Below the pieces are notes generated by a model that saw only the letters and a program-made list of their open reading frames with translations, had not been told where the DNA came from and searched no databases. This document shows, in pieces, positions 7,180 through 16,204 of a stretch of DNA of 64,000 nt. How positions within the stretch are numbered: position 1 is the stretch's first letter; each line of letters opens with the position of its first letter. The position numbers and the translations under genes were made by a program. The DNA is from a virus (lineage: Duplodnaviria; Caudoviricetes), in IMG/VR virus record IMGVR_UViG_3300025129_000005; one strand, given 5' to 3'.

Positions 7180-7863
7180 ATGAATAATTGGATTCGCATT
7201 AAAGATCAGAAACCCGAAGATGGACAAGATGTGTTCTATTTTTTCGATGTTTTGGGTGTTTATAAAGGCAGATATTTAAGAAAAGAGTATCCAAGGGAAA
7301 TGTTTGAAGAGGGTACTGAACCTGTATATGGTGACTGTTTCTACGGTAAGAAGGGGTTTCTGACTGATGACGTAACTCATTGGATGCCTGCGCCTACTGA
7401 TGGAGAATGGGATAAAGTGTTACCTGATGGTCCAGAGGATTATGTCAAGATTCATGATGGTCATTTTGATGGTTGGGCACACAAAGATAATGTCCTCATT
7501 GTCAGGAAAGACCGTTATGAGGGTATGAAAGCACAAATCAAATACCTTGAAGATGGTCACAAGACAGGTCTTGTATGTCCTGATGATGATTGTCCTTGTC
7601 ATATTTACTGGCAGGAAGAACACGATGGTTATCGTTGTGGGTGTTGCTTGAAGACCTATCCTACCGAAGAGGTAGAGAGTGGTCACCCGAAATACATTAG
7701 CAAGTATGAACGTCCTTGTCCTCACTGTAATCCTCATAAAGAGAACACGAAAGAGTTTTTTAAGAATGGGTTCTTGGTGTATACCGCAGGAGTGGAACCG
7801 TATATCACAGAACATTACGTCTGTGAAAAATGTTACAGTACATATTGTATAGAATCAATCTAA
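7180..7863 (+). CDS. Hypothetical protein: DUF551-like N-terminus, Cys-rich C-terminus
   Basis: WIRIKDQKPE...VTHWMP; several CxxC pairs. Confidence 0.7.
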   Translation: MNNWIRIKDQKPEDGQDVFYFFDVLGVYKGRYLRKEYPREMFEEGTEPVYGDCFYGKKGFLTDDVTHWMPAPTDGEWDKVLPDGPEDYVKIHDGHFDGWAHKDNVLIVRKDRYEGMKAQIKYLEDGHKTGLVCPDDDCPCHIYWQEEHDGYRCGCCLKTYPTEEVESGHPKYISKYERPCPHCNPHKENTKEFFKNGFLVYTAGVEPYITEHYVCEKCYSTYCIESI

Positions 7864-7957
7864 GGAAGTTTAACTAGATAGGATACTAGTCTTGATTGGA
7901 AATCAATGAGTTCGTGCTGATACCACGGATACGGTTCAAGTCCGTAACCTTCCTCCA
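7864..7957 (+). tRNA. tRNA-Ser(GGA)
   Basis: Loop TT-GGA-AA, long variable arm, TACGG-TTCAAGT-CCGTA, CCA. Confidence 0.82.
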
Positions 7958-8076
7958 TGTGAATATTGTGATGAATGTTTATAACGCACAACCACTGAAT
8001 GGTACAAGGGAATTATTAAAACATATCGAGCGTGATGTGTTGACGTAAATCTTTATCCGTAGAACAGGAGAAATAT

Positions 8077-8283
8077 ATGTCAAAATTGCAAAATTTTATT
8101 TTAGCACCAGATCAGATGAATGAAGCTGCTTATCACGGTAATATCGGTTTTGAGGAAATGGTCAAGTTTTACGGTAAAGCTACCAAAGCAGAGATAATTA
8201 AAATGGAATTATTTATTAAAGAAAACGATTGGGACGGATTTAAATCAATTATTAAAAAGGTGGTTGGAGTTGCATTAAAATAA
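8077..8283 (+). CDS. Hypothetical protein
   Basis: SD AGGAG plus ATG. Confidence 0.7.
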   Translation: MSKLQNFILAPDQMNEAAYHGNIGFEEMVKFYGKATKAEIIKMELFIKENDWDGFKSIIKKVVGVALK

Positions 8284-8300
8284 TTCATAATATTATTTAC

Positions 8301-8376
8301 GGGCCTTTAGTTCAGTTGGTAGAACCCCCGGCTCATAACCGGGTTGTCGTAGGTTCGAATCCTGCAGGGCCCACCA
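8301..8376 (+). tRNA. tRNA(CAT), Ile2 (lysidine)-type body
   Basis: GGGCCTT/AGGGCCC acceptor and CTCATAA loop, resembling bacterial tRNA-Ile2. Confidence 0.85.
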
Positions 8377-8474
8377 TAAATAAAATAACTATCTAAATGT
8401 AGGTAGATGTATAGTGATATCGGGTATCAAACAGTGTTAAATAAAGGTAACACTAACACAAAGGAGATTTGTTT

Positions 8475-8768
8475 ATGAAAAAAGTATTGTTAATCGTTTT
8501 AATGTTGTTCTGTGCAAGCTTCGCTTATGCGGAATTAGGTTCACCAAATTTCACCAAGGTCTATCCGACCAGCAAGGGTGAAGTTACATTCAATCACTTG
8601 TCTCATTCAGTGAAAGGTGACAGTTGTGACGCCTGTCATGAGTGGGTCAATCAGTTCACCGAAGTTGGAATGAATAAGGATGTTGGTCACAAGGTTTGTA
8701 AAGTTTGTCATAAGGCAGATAAAACCAAGACCGCCCCGACTATTTGTACTGGATGCCATAAAAAATGA
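8475..8768 (+). CDS. Periplasmic triheme cytochrome c7 (PpcA-like), copy 1
   Basis: Signal peptide ending AYA; FNHLSH; CDACH; GH..CKVCH; CTGCH. Confidence 0.88.
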   Translation: MKKVLLIVLMLFCASFAYAELGSPNFTKVYPTSKGEVTFNHLSHSVKGDSCDACHEWVNQFTEVGMNKDVGHKVCKVCHKADKTKTAPTICTGCHKK

Positions 8769-9028
8769 AAAAAATAATTATGACTCTGTTGTTGGTATTG
8801 ATATCAGAGTTTTGTTTTTCCTCAACAATATCGACAAAAAGGGGTCCTGTGGATTTTCCACATCAACCTCACACGTCAATAATGGGGTGTATGACTTGTC
8901 ATAACCCTCATGGTGGTATGATGGGTGGGTTTGGTGCCGCAGAAAGAACTCATGCGTTTTGTCAGTCGTGTCATGACCCGAACTTATTACCAGATAAGTG
9001 TAAATTTTGTCATAAACCAAAAAAGTAA
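8765..9028 (+). CDS. Periplasmic triheme cytochrome c7 (PpcA-like), copy 2
   Basis: Signal peptide; FPHQPH; CMTCH; TH..CQSCH; CKFCH. Confidence 0.88.
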   Translation: MKKIIMTLLLVLISEFCFSSTISTKRGPVDFPHQPHTSIMGCMTCHNPHGGMMGGFGAAERTHAFCQSCHDPNLLPDKCKFCHKPKK

Positions 9029-9036
9029 TATAAATA
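9029..9036 (+). promoter_or_regulatory. T4-type late promoter (endolysin)
   Basis: TATAAATA. The same motif occurs at 10998, 11913, 14877, 18748, 27560, 29889, 30524, 37688, 46815 and on the minus strand at 45224-45231. Confidence 0.75.
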
Positions 9037-9063
9037 CCTTCGATGTGTAATTGGAGGTAGAAT

Positions 9064-9642
9064 ATGAGTTACTTTTGGGATGCGTATGCAATAACAATGT
9101 CACATGAGGGTGGATACTCATTTGATGAAGATGATGTTGGTGGTGAGACATATAAGGGAATTTCTAGGGTATACAACCCATCTTGGATAGGTTGGGATCA
9201 CATTGATTATGTGAGATCCAATTTCGATTTTCCAAAGTGTCTTGAATTTTCTGAAACTTTACAAGAAGATGTTAAACGGTATTATAAAGAGAGGTACTTT
9301 GACCCATATTGTGGCGATGATATGCCTAAAATGTTGGCTTTGGAGATGTTTGATACCAGTGTTAACATGGGGGTAGGTCGTGCGGTAAAGTTTATGCAAA
9401 TCGGGTTAAACGTTCTTAATAGAAACGGCGAACTGTATCCAGATATGGTTGTTGATGGTGGATATGGATCAACAACACATAAATATCTTTATACATATTT
9501 ACAAACTGATAGTGAAGAATTACTATGTAAGATAATAAATATTTTACAAGGTAATCACTATATTGAATATATGACAAAATCTCCCAAACAGGAGAAGTAT
9601 GCTCGTGGTTGGTTCAATAGAGTGGATATTAGAAAACGATGA
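9064..9642 (+). CDS. Glycoside hydrolase family 108 endolysin with peptidoglycan-binding C-terminus
   Basis: HEGGY...D.GGETYKGI; FDTSVNMG; Q..LN; C-terminal GWFNR. Confidence 0.88.
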   Translation: MSYFWDAYAITMSHEGGYSFDEDDVGGETYKGISRVYNPSWIGWDHIDYVRSNFDFPKCLEFSETLQEDVKRYYKERYFDPYCGDDMPKMLALEMFDTSVNMGVGRAVKFMQIGLNVLNRNGELYPDMVVDGGYGSTTHKYLYTYLQTDSEELLCKIINILQGNHYIEYMTKSPKQEKYARGWFNRVDIRKR

Positions 9643-9664
9643 AGGTGGGAGAAAATAGGGAATA

Positions 9665-10309
9665 ATGGGAATCAGAGAACATTTAATAGGCGAAGAGTTT
9701 GCAAGATGTGATATTAACGCACTTAATGAATCTTCGTTGTCAAGGGTTTGGAGACAGACCCAAGAACACGATTCTGGTACTATATCTGCATATCGTGACG
9801 CAAGAGATTGTGGGGATGGTGTGAAGTATACGAAATCCGAGAAACAGAAGAGAAACAATATTCTGGCATCCAGACTAGAAAGAATGGGATATGGTATCAC
9901 TAAGATTAAAGGTACTTATATAGAGAATTATGGTTCAGATAATGAAGTACCTGTTAAAGAGGAATCATTTCTTGTTATTGATTTGAAGGACAAAGGAACA
10001 TTAAAAAATGATTTGATATCTTTAGGTACAGAGTTCGACCAAGACTCCATTACTTATAGTAAGTCATCTGGCGAATACTACATCATTTCTACTAATGAAT
10101 GTCCTAATGGGTATCCCGGTAACGGTAGAATTGGTGTTGAGAATAAACTAGGAAAGTCAATGTTCGGCAAGAAAGGTGAGTTTTATTCAAAAGTTAACGG
10201 TAGACCTTTCGTGTTTGAGTCAATCCAGAATAGGATTAGAACGATACTTGACCACACTCCGACAGAAATGCGATCAGTTAGACATTTTTCTGAACAAAAA
10301 GTTGAATAA
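9665..10309 (+). CDS. Conserved phage protein, paralogue A
   Basis: ESSLSR..., G.ISAYR, G.Y.E, E.SF.V, QDSI. Confidence 0.8.
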   Translation: MGIREHLIGEEFARCDINALNESSLSRVWRQTQEHDSGTISAYRDARDCGDGVKYTKSEKQKRNNILASRLERMGYGITKIKGTYIENYGSDNEVPVKEESFLVIDLKDKGTLKNDLISLGTEFDQDSITYSKSSGEYYIISTNECPNGYPGNGRIGVENKLGKSMFGKKGEFYSKVNGRPFVFESIQNRIRTILDHTPTEMRSVRHFSEQKVE

Positions 10310-10328
10310 TAAACCAATAGGCAAATCA

Positions 10329-10967
10329 ATGGGAATTAGAGAATATCTGATAGAGAGTTCATTGAGTAGATTATGGAAACATAATGAAGAACACGATTGT
10401 GGTGGAATTACTGCGTTTAGGTTATACACTAATTGTGGATATATGGATAACAAACAACCATGTTACCCCGATAAACCGCCTGTGAGGATAACAAGAAAAG
10501 AAAATGACAAGAGAAATAAGGCACTCATGGCAGACCTCATAAAAATGGGGTATAAAGGTGCCACAAAACTTGTCGGGTCTTATCTTGAGGGTGGTGTTTC
10601 TACAAAGGAGATATCATTCTTTGTGGTCGATTTTGACAATAAAGGTACTCTTGAGAATGACTTGATTCGTCTTGGTAAAAAGTATGAACAAGATACTATT
10701 CTGTTTGTACCAAAAGGGTCAATCCAGAACAAAGATAAAGCTTATTTGGTTGGTACTAATAATTGTCCTAATAATGACACAAAAATAGGACAAAAGATGA
10801 TATTTAATAGAGGTAAAGTTGGATATGATTCACCATTTTACACATCACGTGTTAACGGTAGACCTTTGATATTCGAAGGAATTGAATTATATGAAGGATT
10901 GGGGTTTAGTTCGGGTTCTAATGCAATGATGGCTGGAAGATATGCGGAAGAATATGAAAAAAAATGA
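10329..10967 (+). CDS. Conserved phage protein, paralogue B
   Basis: Tandem paralogue of 9665-10309 (MGIRE..I, ESSLSR, SRVNGRP..FE); likely ATG at 10329. Confidence 0.8.
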   Translation: MGIREYLIESSLSRLWKHNEEHDCGGITAFRLYTNCGYMDNKQPCYPDKPPVRITRKENDKRNKALMADLIKMGYKGATKLVGSYLEGGVSTKEISFFVVDFDNKGTLENDLIRLGKKYEQDTILFVPKGSIQNKDKAYLVGTNNCPNNDTKIGQKMIFNRGKVGYDSPFYTSRVNGRPLIFEGIELYEGLGFSSGSNAMMAGRYAEEYEKK

Positions 10968-11065
10968 TTAATTTTTATTAATAATTTGTTTTTGTGATAT
11001 AAATAGTGTTAGGGAAGACCTCTGCCGAATCTCGCTTAAATCTAAAGGAGATGGAGGTGCTTATT

Positions 11066-11506
11066 ATGAGAAAAGACCTTATGCCAGTAGGACGAATTAA
11101 CCAATTGTCCATGTTTAACGATTTTGAGAGGATTTTTGATCACGTATTTGGCAACGTGGCTCCCCTCACTCAGCAAAATAGTTATCCTGTATGCAACGTT
11201 TTTGTTGATAAGGATGAGGTATTGAACTTTGAGTTCGCTTTAGCTGGGTTCAAAAAAGAAGAAGTTGTCGCAGAAGTTGAGGACAATGTTCTGACTGTAA
11301 AGGCAGAGAAGTTGACCGATGAGACAGACAACAAGTACATCATCAGAAAGTTTGCGAGACGTTCTTTCACAAAGCAGTATAATTTAGGTGATTTTCATGA
11401 TCCAGATACTGCACAAGCAAAGTTTGAAGATGGTGTTCTTACAGTGACCTTCGCTAAGAAGGTTCTGGAACAACCAGAAACTAAAGTCAAGAGACTAGAA
11501 ATCTAA
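11066..11506 (+). CDS. Hsp20/alpha-crystallin small heat-shock protein
   Basis: YPVCNV, EFALAGFKKEEV, RRSFTKQY, A.FEDGVLTV; SD GGAGGT. Confidence 0.93.
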   Translation: MRKDLMPVGRINQLSMFNDFERIFDHVFGNVAPLTQQNSYPVCNVFVDKDEVLNFEFALAGFKKEEVVAEVEDNVLTVKAEKLTDETDNKYIIRKFARRSFTKQYNLGDFHDPDTAQAKFEDGVLTVTFAKKVLEQPETKVKRLEI

Positions 11507-11705
11507 GGAGTTCCAGAGGTCTTCCCTACAATTAATATTTATAACACCTATTTCCGGGGTATTCTTCGGGACACTAAACACTAAATCAGATGTAATATGT
11601 GTGAAAAGGTCAATCTCTTGGCAAATGGCAAACTTGACAAGACAGTGTTGATATGATATTTTATGGTTAAATCAATATAATGGCAAACTGAAAGGGATTT
11701 ATAAT

Positions 11706-11897
11706 ATGAAATATCCTTATTGTGACTACAAAGATGGCTGGGATAGTAAAAACCTAAAAGTGGTTGAAGGTGATTCCGGTGAGTTATTTACTCTGTCCAA
11801 TGATATTAAAGCAGAAAGAACTTACGAGAGTGGATATTTAAGACGTGAGACTGTTTACTTTTGCCCTGAATGTGGTAAGCCTTTTATTGATGTGTAG
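11706..11897 (+). CDS. Small Zn-ribbon hypothetical protein
   Basis: YPYC...CPECG. Confidence 0.6.
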   Translation: MKYPYCDYKDGWDSKNLKVVEGDSGELFTLSNDIKAERTYESGYLRRETVYFCPECGKPFIDV

Positions 11898-11950
11898 TGC
11901 ATTATTCAAAGATATAAATAAAAGAACAAGCAGCAAAAATAAAATAAAGT

Positions 11951-12142
11951 GTGAGGTGTAGTATGTCAATTGCAGCATTTGGTGTTCCAGTTTTTAATTC
12001 TCAAGGAAATTCAAGAAAACCACCCATTATTGTCGGGGAAATTAATGATAAACTTAGACAATTAGGAGTTTCATCTCAAGATGTTATAACAATTCAAGTG
12101 GAGCAGGACTTTTATCACGTATTTTATCGTAAATCCGACTAA
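11951..12142 (+). CDS. Small hypothetical protein downstream of a late promoter
   Basis: ORF followed by a terminator-like hairpin at ~12150-12200. Confidence 0.6.
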   Translation: MRCSMSIAAFGVPVFNSQGNSRKPPIIVGEINDKLRQLGVSSQDVITIQVEQDFYHVFYRKSD

Positions 12143-12299
12143 ATGCAAAAAAGCACATACCCCCCATTGTACCAGATGTGGGGGGTGTAGCTATTTTTTG
12201 TCTATATTAAGTTAACACCTTTACTTATAATATACTTTTATTATTATAATAAAGGATAAATTTATTCAATTTTAGTGGTGTTAATATAAAGGAGAACTT

Positions 12300-13025
12300 A
12301 TGTCTGATGAGCAAGAAATAGATATATCAAATTTAAAACAATATCTTGACTCTGATCATCCATTGTTAAATAAATTTAAAAGTGCTGCACCGGGGACGTT
12401 TAGGCACTCAATGAACATTGCTGATTTATCGGAATCAGTTGTATCTGATCTTGGTCTAGATGCCACCCTTATGAGAGTGTGTGCATACTATCATGATATT
12501 GGTAAGATGATGAATCCTAAATATTTCACCGAAAATCAAAATGGTGAAGGAAACCCTCATGATAATCTTGAACCGCATATTTCATATCAGTTAATAACAC
12601 GACATGTATCAGATAGTTTGTTAATATTAATCAATGAGACTGATATGCCTAAAAATGTTCTTGAAATTATATCAGAACATCACGGGGATTGTTTGTTGAA
12701 ATCGATATTCAAAAAATCATCAAGTAAAAGTGAAGATTCTTTCAGGTATAGATGTAAGAAACCATCAAACGAATATTCATCCATCCTAATGATTGTTGAT
12801 GCAGTAGAGGCAACCGCTCGTTCTGTTGCTGATAAATTAATCACACCCGAAGCAAAGAAAAAAGTTGTCAAGGATACAATTGATAGATTAAGGGATGATC
12901 AACAATTAGATGAAATGAAGGTTGGAACTTTAAGACAGGTGCAGCAGAGATTGACGCGAGAACTGGACGGGATATATCATACTCGTTTGGATTATGATGA
13001 AGAATTAAAAATGGAAGAAAAATGA
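12300..13025 (+). CDS. Soluble HD-domain phosphodiesterase resembling the catalytic domain of PgpH/7TM-HD proteins
   Basis: APGTFRHS, AYYHDIGK..NP.YF.ENQ, NPHD, EHHG, MIVDAVEA; no transmembrane region. Confidence 0.85.
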   Translation: MSDEQEIDISNLKQYLDSDHPLLNKFKSAAPGTFRHSMNIADLSESVVSDLGLDATLMRVCAYYHDIGKMMNPKYFTENQNGEGNPHDNLEPHISYQLITRHVSDSLLILINETDMPKNVLEIISEHHGDCLLKSIFKKSSSKSEDSFRYRCKKPSNEYSSILMIVDAVEATARSVADKLITPEAKKKVVKDTIDRLRDDQQLDEMKVGTLRQVQQRLTRELDGIYHTRLDYDEELKMEEK

Positions 13026-13171
13026 ATTATTTTGAACACATGAGGGCCAATTTTAAAGTATCTTTTCGTTGCTTCATGTTGATGATTTTTCATTGTATGC
13101 ATGGTTTGATACCAATAAAATGGACAAGTCATGAGTTTTGGAAATTTTAAATAAAAATAAGGAGAATTTGT

Positions 13172-13387
13172 ATGGAACCAGAAATGGTAAAATGTGGTAA
13201 CTGTGAGAGTGAGGCATGGAACGAGATTATCATGTTTGCTAAGGTGTCAGCTGTGGTTAGTCAGACAGGTAAAGCGGGGATTGCTCCTGTAGGAAGTACT
13301 TATATTTGTATGAATTGTGGTACCAGTATTGAAGAATCCGATGCAGTAAAATCGTTATCCGATAAAGAATCGACCTTGATTGTTTAA
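13172..13387 (+). CDS. Small Zn-finger hypothetical protein
   Basis: CGNC...CMNCG. Confidence 0.65.
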   Translation: MEPEMVKCGNCESEAWNEIIMFAKVSAVVSQTGKAGIAPVGSTYICMNCGTSIEESDAVKSLSDKESTLIV

Positions 13388-13431
13388 GGTTTTTGTGATA
13401 CTATTTAGTTGAGGTCGGGATAGAGGAGTCT

Positions 13432-13962
13432 ATGATGGTACTTAGGGCAAAAAAATTCGCATTAAAGGCTCATGAGGGCGATACATACGGGAAAAACTAT
13501 CCCTACTCTAAACATTTGAATGATGTTTACAACGTTTTGGTGACATTTGGAGTCTTTGATGAAAAGGTTCTCATGGTAGCATGGTTACATGACACCATTG
13601 AGGATACAATGGTTGTTTTTGAGGACATAGAAGGTGAGTTTGGTACTCAAATAGCAAATCTAACTTATCTGTTGACCGATAAACAGGGAAAGAATCGTAA
13701 GGAACGGCAAGGACTAACATATCCCTTATTGGCAGAAGATCATTATGCAAGGTTGGTAAAACTTGCTGATCGTATTGTTAACGTCACTATGACAATGCAT
13801 GATAGCCAAGAAAAATTTGGTATGTATGCCAAAGAATTTCCTTATTTTATGGAAACCTTTATACCTAAAATGAAACCCGCTGATGAATATCATGACGTTG
13901 AAGTTCATATGTGGGAACATCTTAAAAAATTGATGGTGGTTGGACCTTTTATCGAATACTAA
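13432..13962 (+). CDS. RelA/SpoT-type HD hydrolase (small alarmone hydrolase-like)
   Basis: KAH.G...YPY..H, LHDTIEDT, LVKLADRIVN. Confidence 0.82.
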   Translation: MMVLRAKKFALKAHEGDTYGKNYPYSKHLNDVYNVLVTFGVFDEKVLMVAWLHDTIEDTMVVFEDIEGEFGTQIANLTYLLTDKQGKNRKERQGLTYPLLAEDHYARLVKLADRIVNVTMTMHDSQEKFGMYAKEFPYFMETFIPKMKPADEYHDVEVHMWEHLKKLMVVGPFIEY

Positions 13963-14046
13963 ATTTTACCCTTGACGTTGACATAAATGCCGTGGTACAA
14001 TTCCTTGTAATGAGGTTCTATCACGGCTTTTTTATTGGAGGAAGTT

Positions 14047-14250
14047 ATGAAACGGAGATATTTTTTCGAAGAAACGAAAGGACTCAAGGCTGACATTAAA
14101 CGTCACCGTGAGACTGAGCAAGAACTGCGTGACAAGATTTCCGAATCCGAGGCAAACGATCAAGAAGCATTCGCCCGTTCCTATCGTAACCTTCTGGACA
14201 TTCTTCTGTGTTCCAAAGCACAAGTTGTTGGTAAGATTGGAAAAAAATAA
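14047..14250 (+). CDS. Hypothetical protein
   Basis: SD GGAGG upstream of ATG. Confidence 0.6.
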   Translation: MKRRYFFEETKGLKADIKRHRETEQELRDKISESEANDQEAFARSYRNLLDILLCSKAQVVGKIGKK

Positions 14251-14308
14251 CTAAAGAGAATGGAGTGTTCTTTGGGTCATTACTCTAAAGATAGGGTATA
14301 TAAAAATC

Positions 14309-14881
14309 ATGGTTGAGTGTTTTTTTAGTTCTGATCATCATCTATTCCACACGAATATTATCAAGTATTGCAACCGAACCTTTGCTAATTTGGATGAAAT
14401 GCACCAGTTTGGTATTGAAGAGTGGAATAGTGTAGTAACACCTAATGATATTGTTATCCATTTGGGTGACTATATCTGTGGTGGTACGAAAGAACAAATT
14501 ACCGAAATTACCCAACAATTGAATGGAACGAAGATTCTCATTATGGGTAACCATGACCGTAAAGGAAAACAATGGTTCTTGGATGTAGGATTTACACGTG
14601 TATTCAAACACAGGTGGTCAATGGGTATGTACTGTTTCAGTCACAGACCCCAAGAAGCCGAGTATTTGACTGCCCTTGGAGTACGATATAATCTACATGG
14701 TCATTCCCATAAACATGATTACGGTGACCCATATTACAATTTCGGGGTTGATGTAGTGGGTTGGAGACCAAAGAAAGTGAAATTAAATTTAGAAAAGGAT
14801 GATTTATTAAATGGCGAAGGTATAACCGCCCCTGATGAGTTGATTGACTATAAACACGGTAAGAAAAGGAACTATGTATAA
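14309..14881 (+). CDS. Calcineurin-like metallophosphoesterase
   Basis: SDHH..H, HLGD, GNHD, HGHSH. Confidence 0.9.
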   Translation: MVECFFSSDHHLFHTNIIKYCNRTFANLDEMHQFGIEEWNSVVTPNDIVIHLGDYICGGTKEQITEITQQLNGTKILIMGNHDRKGKQWFLDVGFTRVFKHRWSMGMYCFSHRPQEAEYLTALGVRYNLHGHSHKHDYGDPYYNFGVDVVGWRPKKVKLNLEKDDLLNGEGITAPDELIDYKHGKKRNYV

Positions 14882-14889
14882 ATACAGGT

Positions 14890-15567
14890 ATGGATATCTT
14901 TGACTATGAACATACAGGTATAATTTACAGGGTCACTAACTTGACCAATGGTAAACTATATGTGGGTCAGACCACCAGACCACTACGCCAGAGGTATAGT
15001 CAACATAGAAGGTTTAAGAATGGCACGTTGTATCCTGTCATACAGAAGTATTCAGACGAAGAGTTGTTGTGGGAAATAGTTTGTGAGTGTTCTAATATTG
15101 ATGACCTGAATTATTGTGAGGATTTTATAATAAGACGATATGTGTCTGATGGATATACCTTATACAATAGAACCGTTGGTGGTGGTCTTAATGCAGAACA
15201 TACCGATGAGGTTAAAAAGAGGATAAGTGATTCGTTGAAGGGTAGGTTTACTGGTGAAGACAATTCCATGTATGGATGTATAGGTGCCTATCATGGAAAA
15301 TCTCTATCAGAAGAACATAGAAGGAAGATGAGTGAATCCCATAAGGGTAAACCATTAACCAATGAACACAGAGCATTGATAAGTGATGGTATGAAATATT
15401 CGTATTCTGTTTACTTTGATGATGGAAGTGTGAGAGAATACATAAATGCCGACCAGAGGGATATTTGTAAAGAAATTGGACTTGGTTCAGCGGTAACGTT
15501 CCGTTCCTTTTTTGGTGACAGAAAACCCTTTAAAGGTATAGTAAAGATAGAAAAAATGAAATTGTGA
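14890..15567 (+). mobile_element. Free-standing GIY-YIG homing endonuclease with NUMOD3-like repeats
   Basis: IIYRVTNLTNGKLYVGQT; YN...GG; HT.E.KKRIS, SEEHRRKMSESHKGK; late promoter immediately upstream. Confidence 0.88.
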
Positions 15568-15575
15568 GGTAGTAT

Positions 15576-15875
15576 ATGGCAAAGGTAAACTTAAGTGTCA
15601 CAAGGACGCTTACTATAAACACGGGAAATTACGAAAGTATTAAACCATCGGTAACATTAACTGTTGTTGATGTTGACCCTGATAATGTGAGTGATGCCTA
15701 TTTAGCAGTAGAAGAGGCAATCAGCGGTTTAATTAAGATGGAAATCTTGAATTGTTATAGTGATGGGAAGAAATTAAGCGAAGGAATTGATCGATATTGT
15801 CGTGACGTTAACAATAATATGGCAGAAATTGGTACAAACATTGAGAAATCTCTTCATGAACTGAGCAAATTTTAA
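15576..15875 (+). CDS. Hypothetical protein
   Basis: SD GAGG plus ATG. Confidence 0.7.
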   Translation: MAKVNLSVTRTLTINTGNYESIKPSVTLTVVDVDPDNVSDAYLAVEEAISGLIKMEILNCYSDGKKLSEGIDRYCRDVNNNMAEIGTNIEKSLHELSKF

Positions 15876-15911
15876 TAAATAAAAGAAATATGTTAAAACA
15901 GGAGAACGTTT

Positions 15912-16184
15912 ATGCCCCGTTGCGTAAAATGTGATAAATATTTTCATCCAGATTTCAGTGTTTTAATGGAACCGAACACCGGAAGCAAGGCATGCAAATG
16001 TGTATTTTGTTATACAGAAAAAAATGAAGTAACTGTTGCCAGTGAAGAAACAGGTAAACCAGACTATGTAGTAACCAAACAACAAGCAATTGAAAATTAC
16101 AGAGTTTATATTGCAAAATTAAAAGATGATCCGAAAGTTGCAAAAGTGTTAACCGGAAATGAATCAAATAAATTTTCTATATAG
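15912..16184 (+). CDS. Zn-binding hypothetical protein
   Basis: CVKC...CVFC; SD AGGAG. Confidence 0.7.
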   Translation: MPRCVKCDKYFHPDFSVLMEPNTGSKACKCVFCYTEKNEVTVASEETGKPDYVVTKQQAIENYRVYIAKLKDDPKVAKVLTGNESNKFSI

Positions 16185-16204
16185 AAGGATAGGTGGTGTG
16201 AAAA

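Noticed and set aside
3830-7957. U73 discriminator in all three tRNA-Ser as an identity switch
   Set aside because: Bacterial SerRS relies mainly on the long variable arm, which is present, so probably tolerated variation
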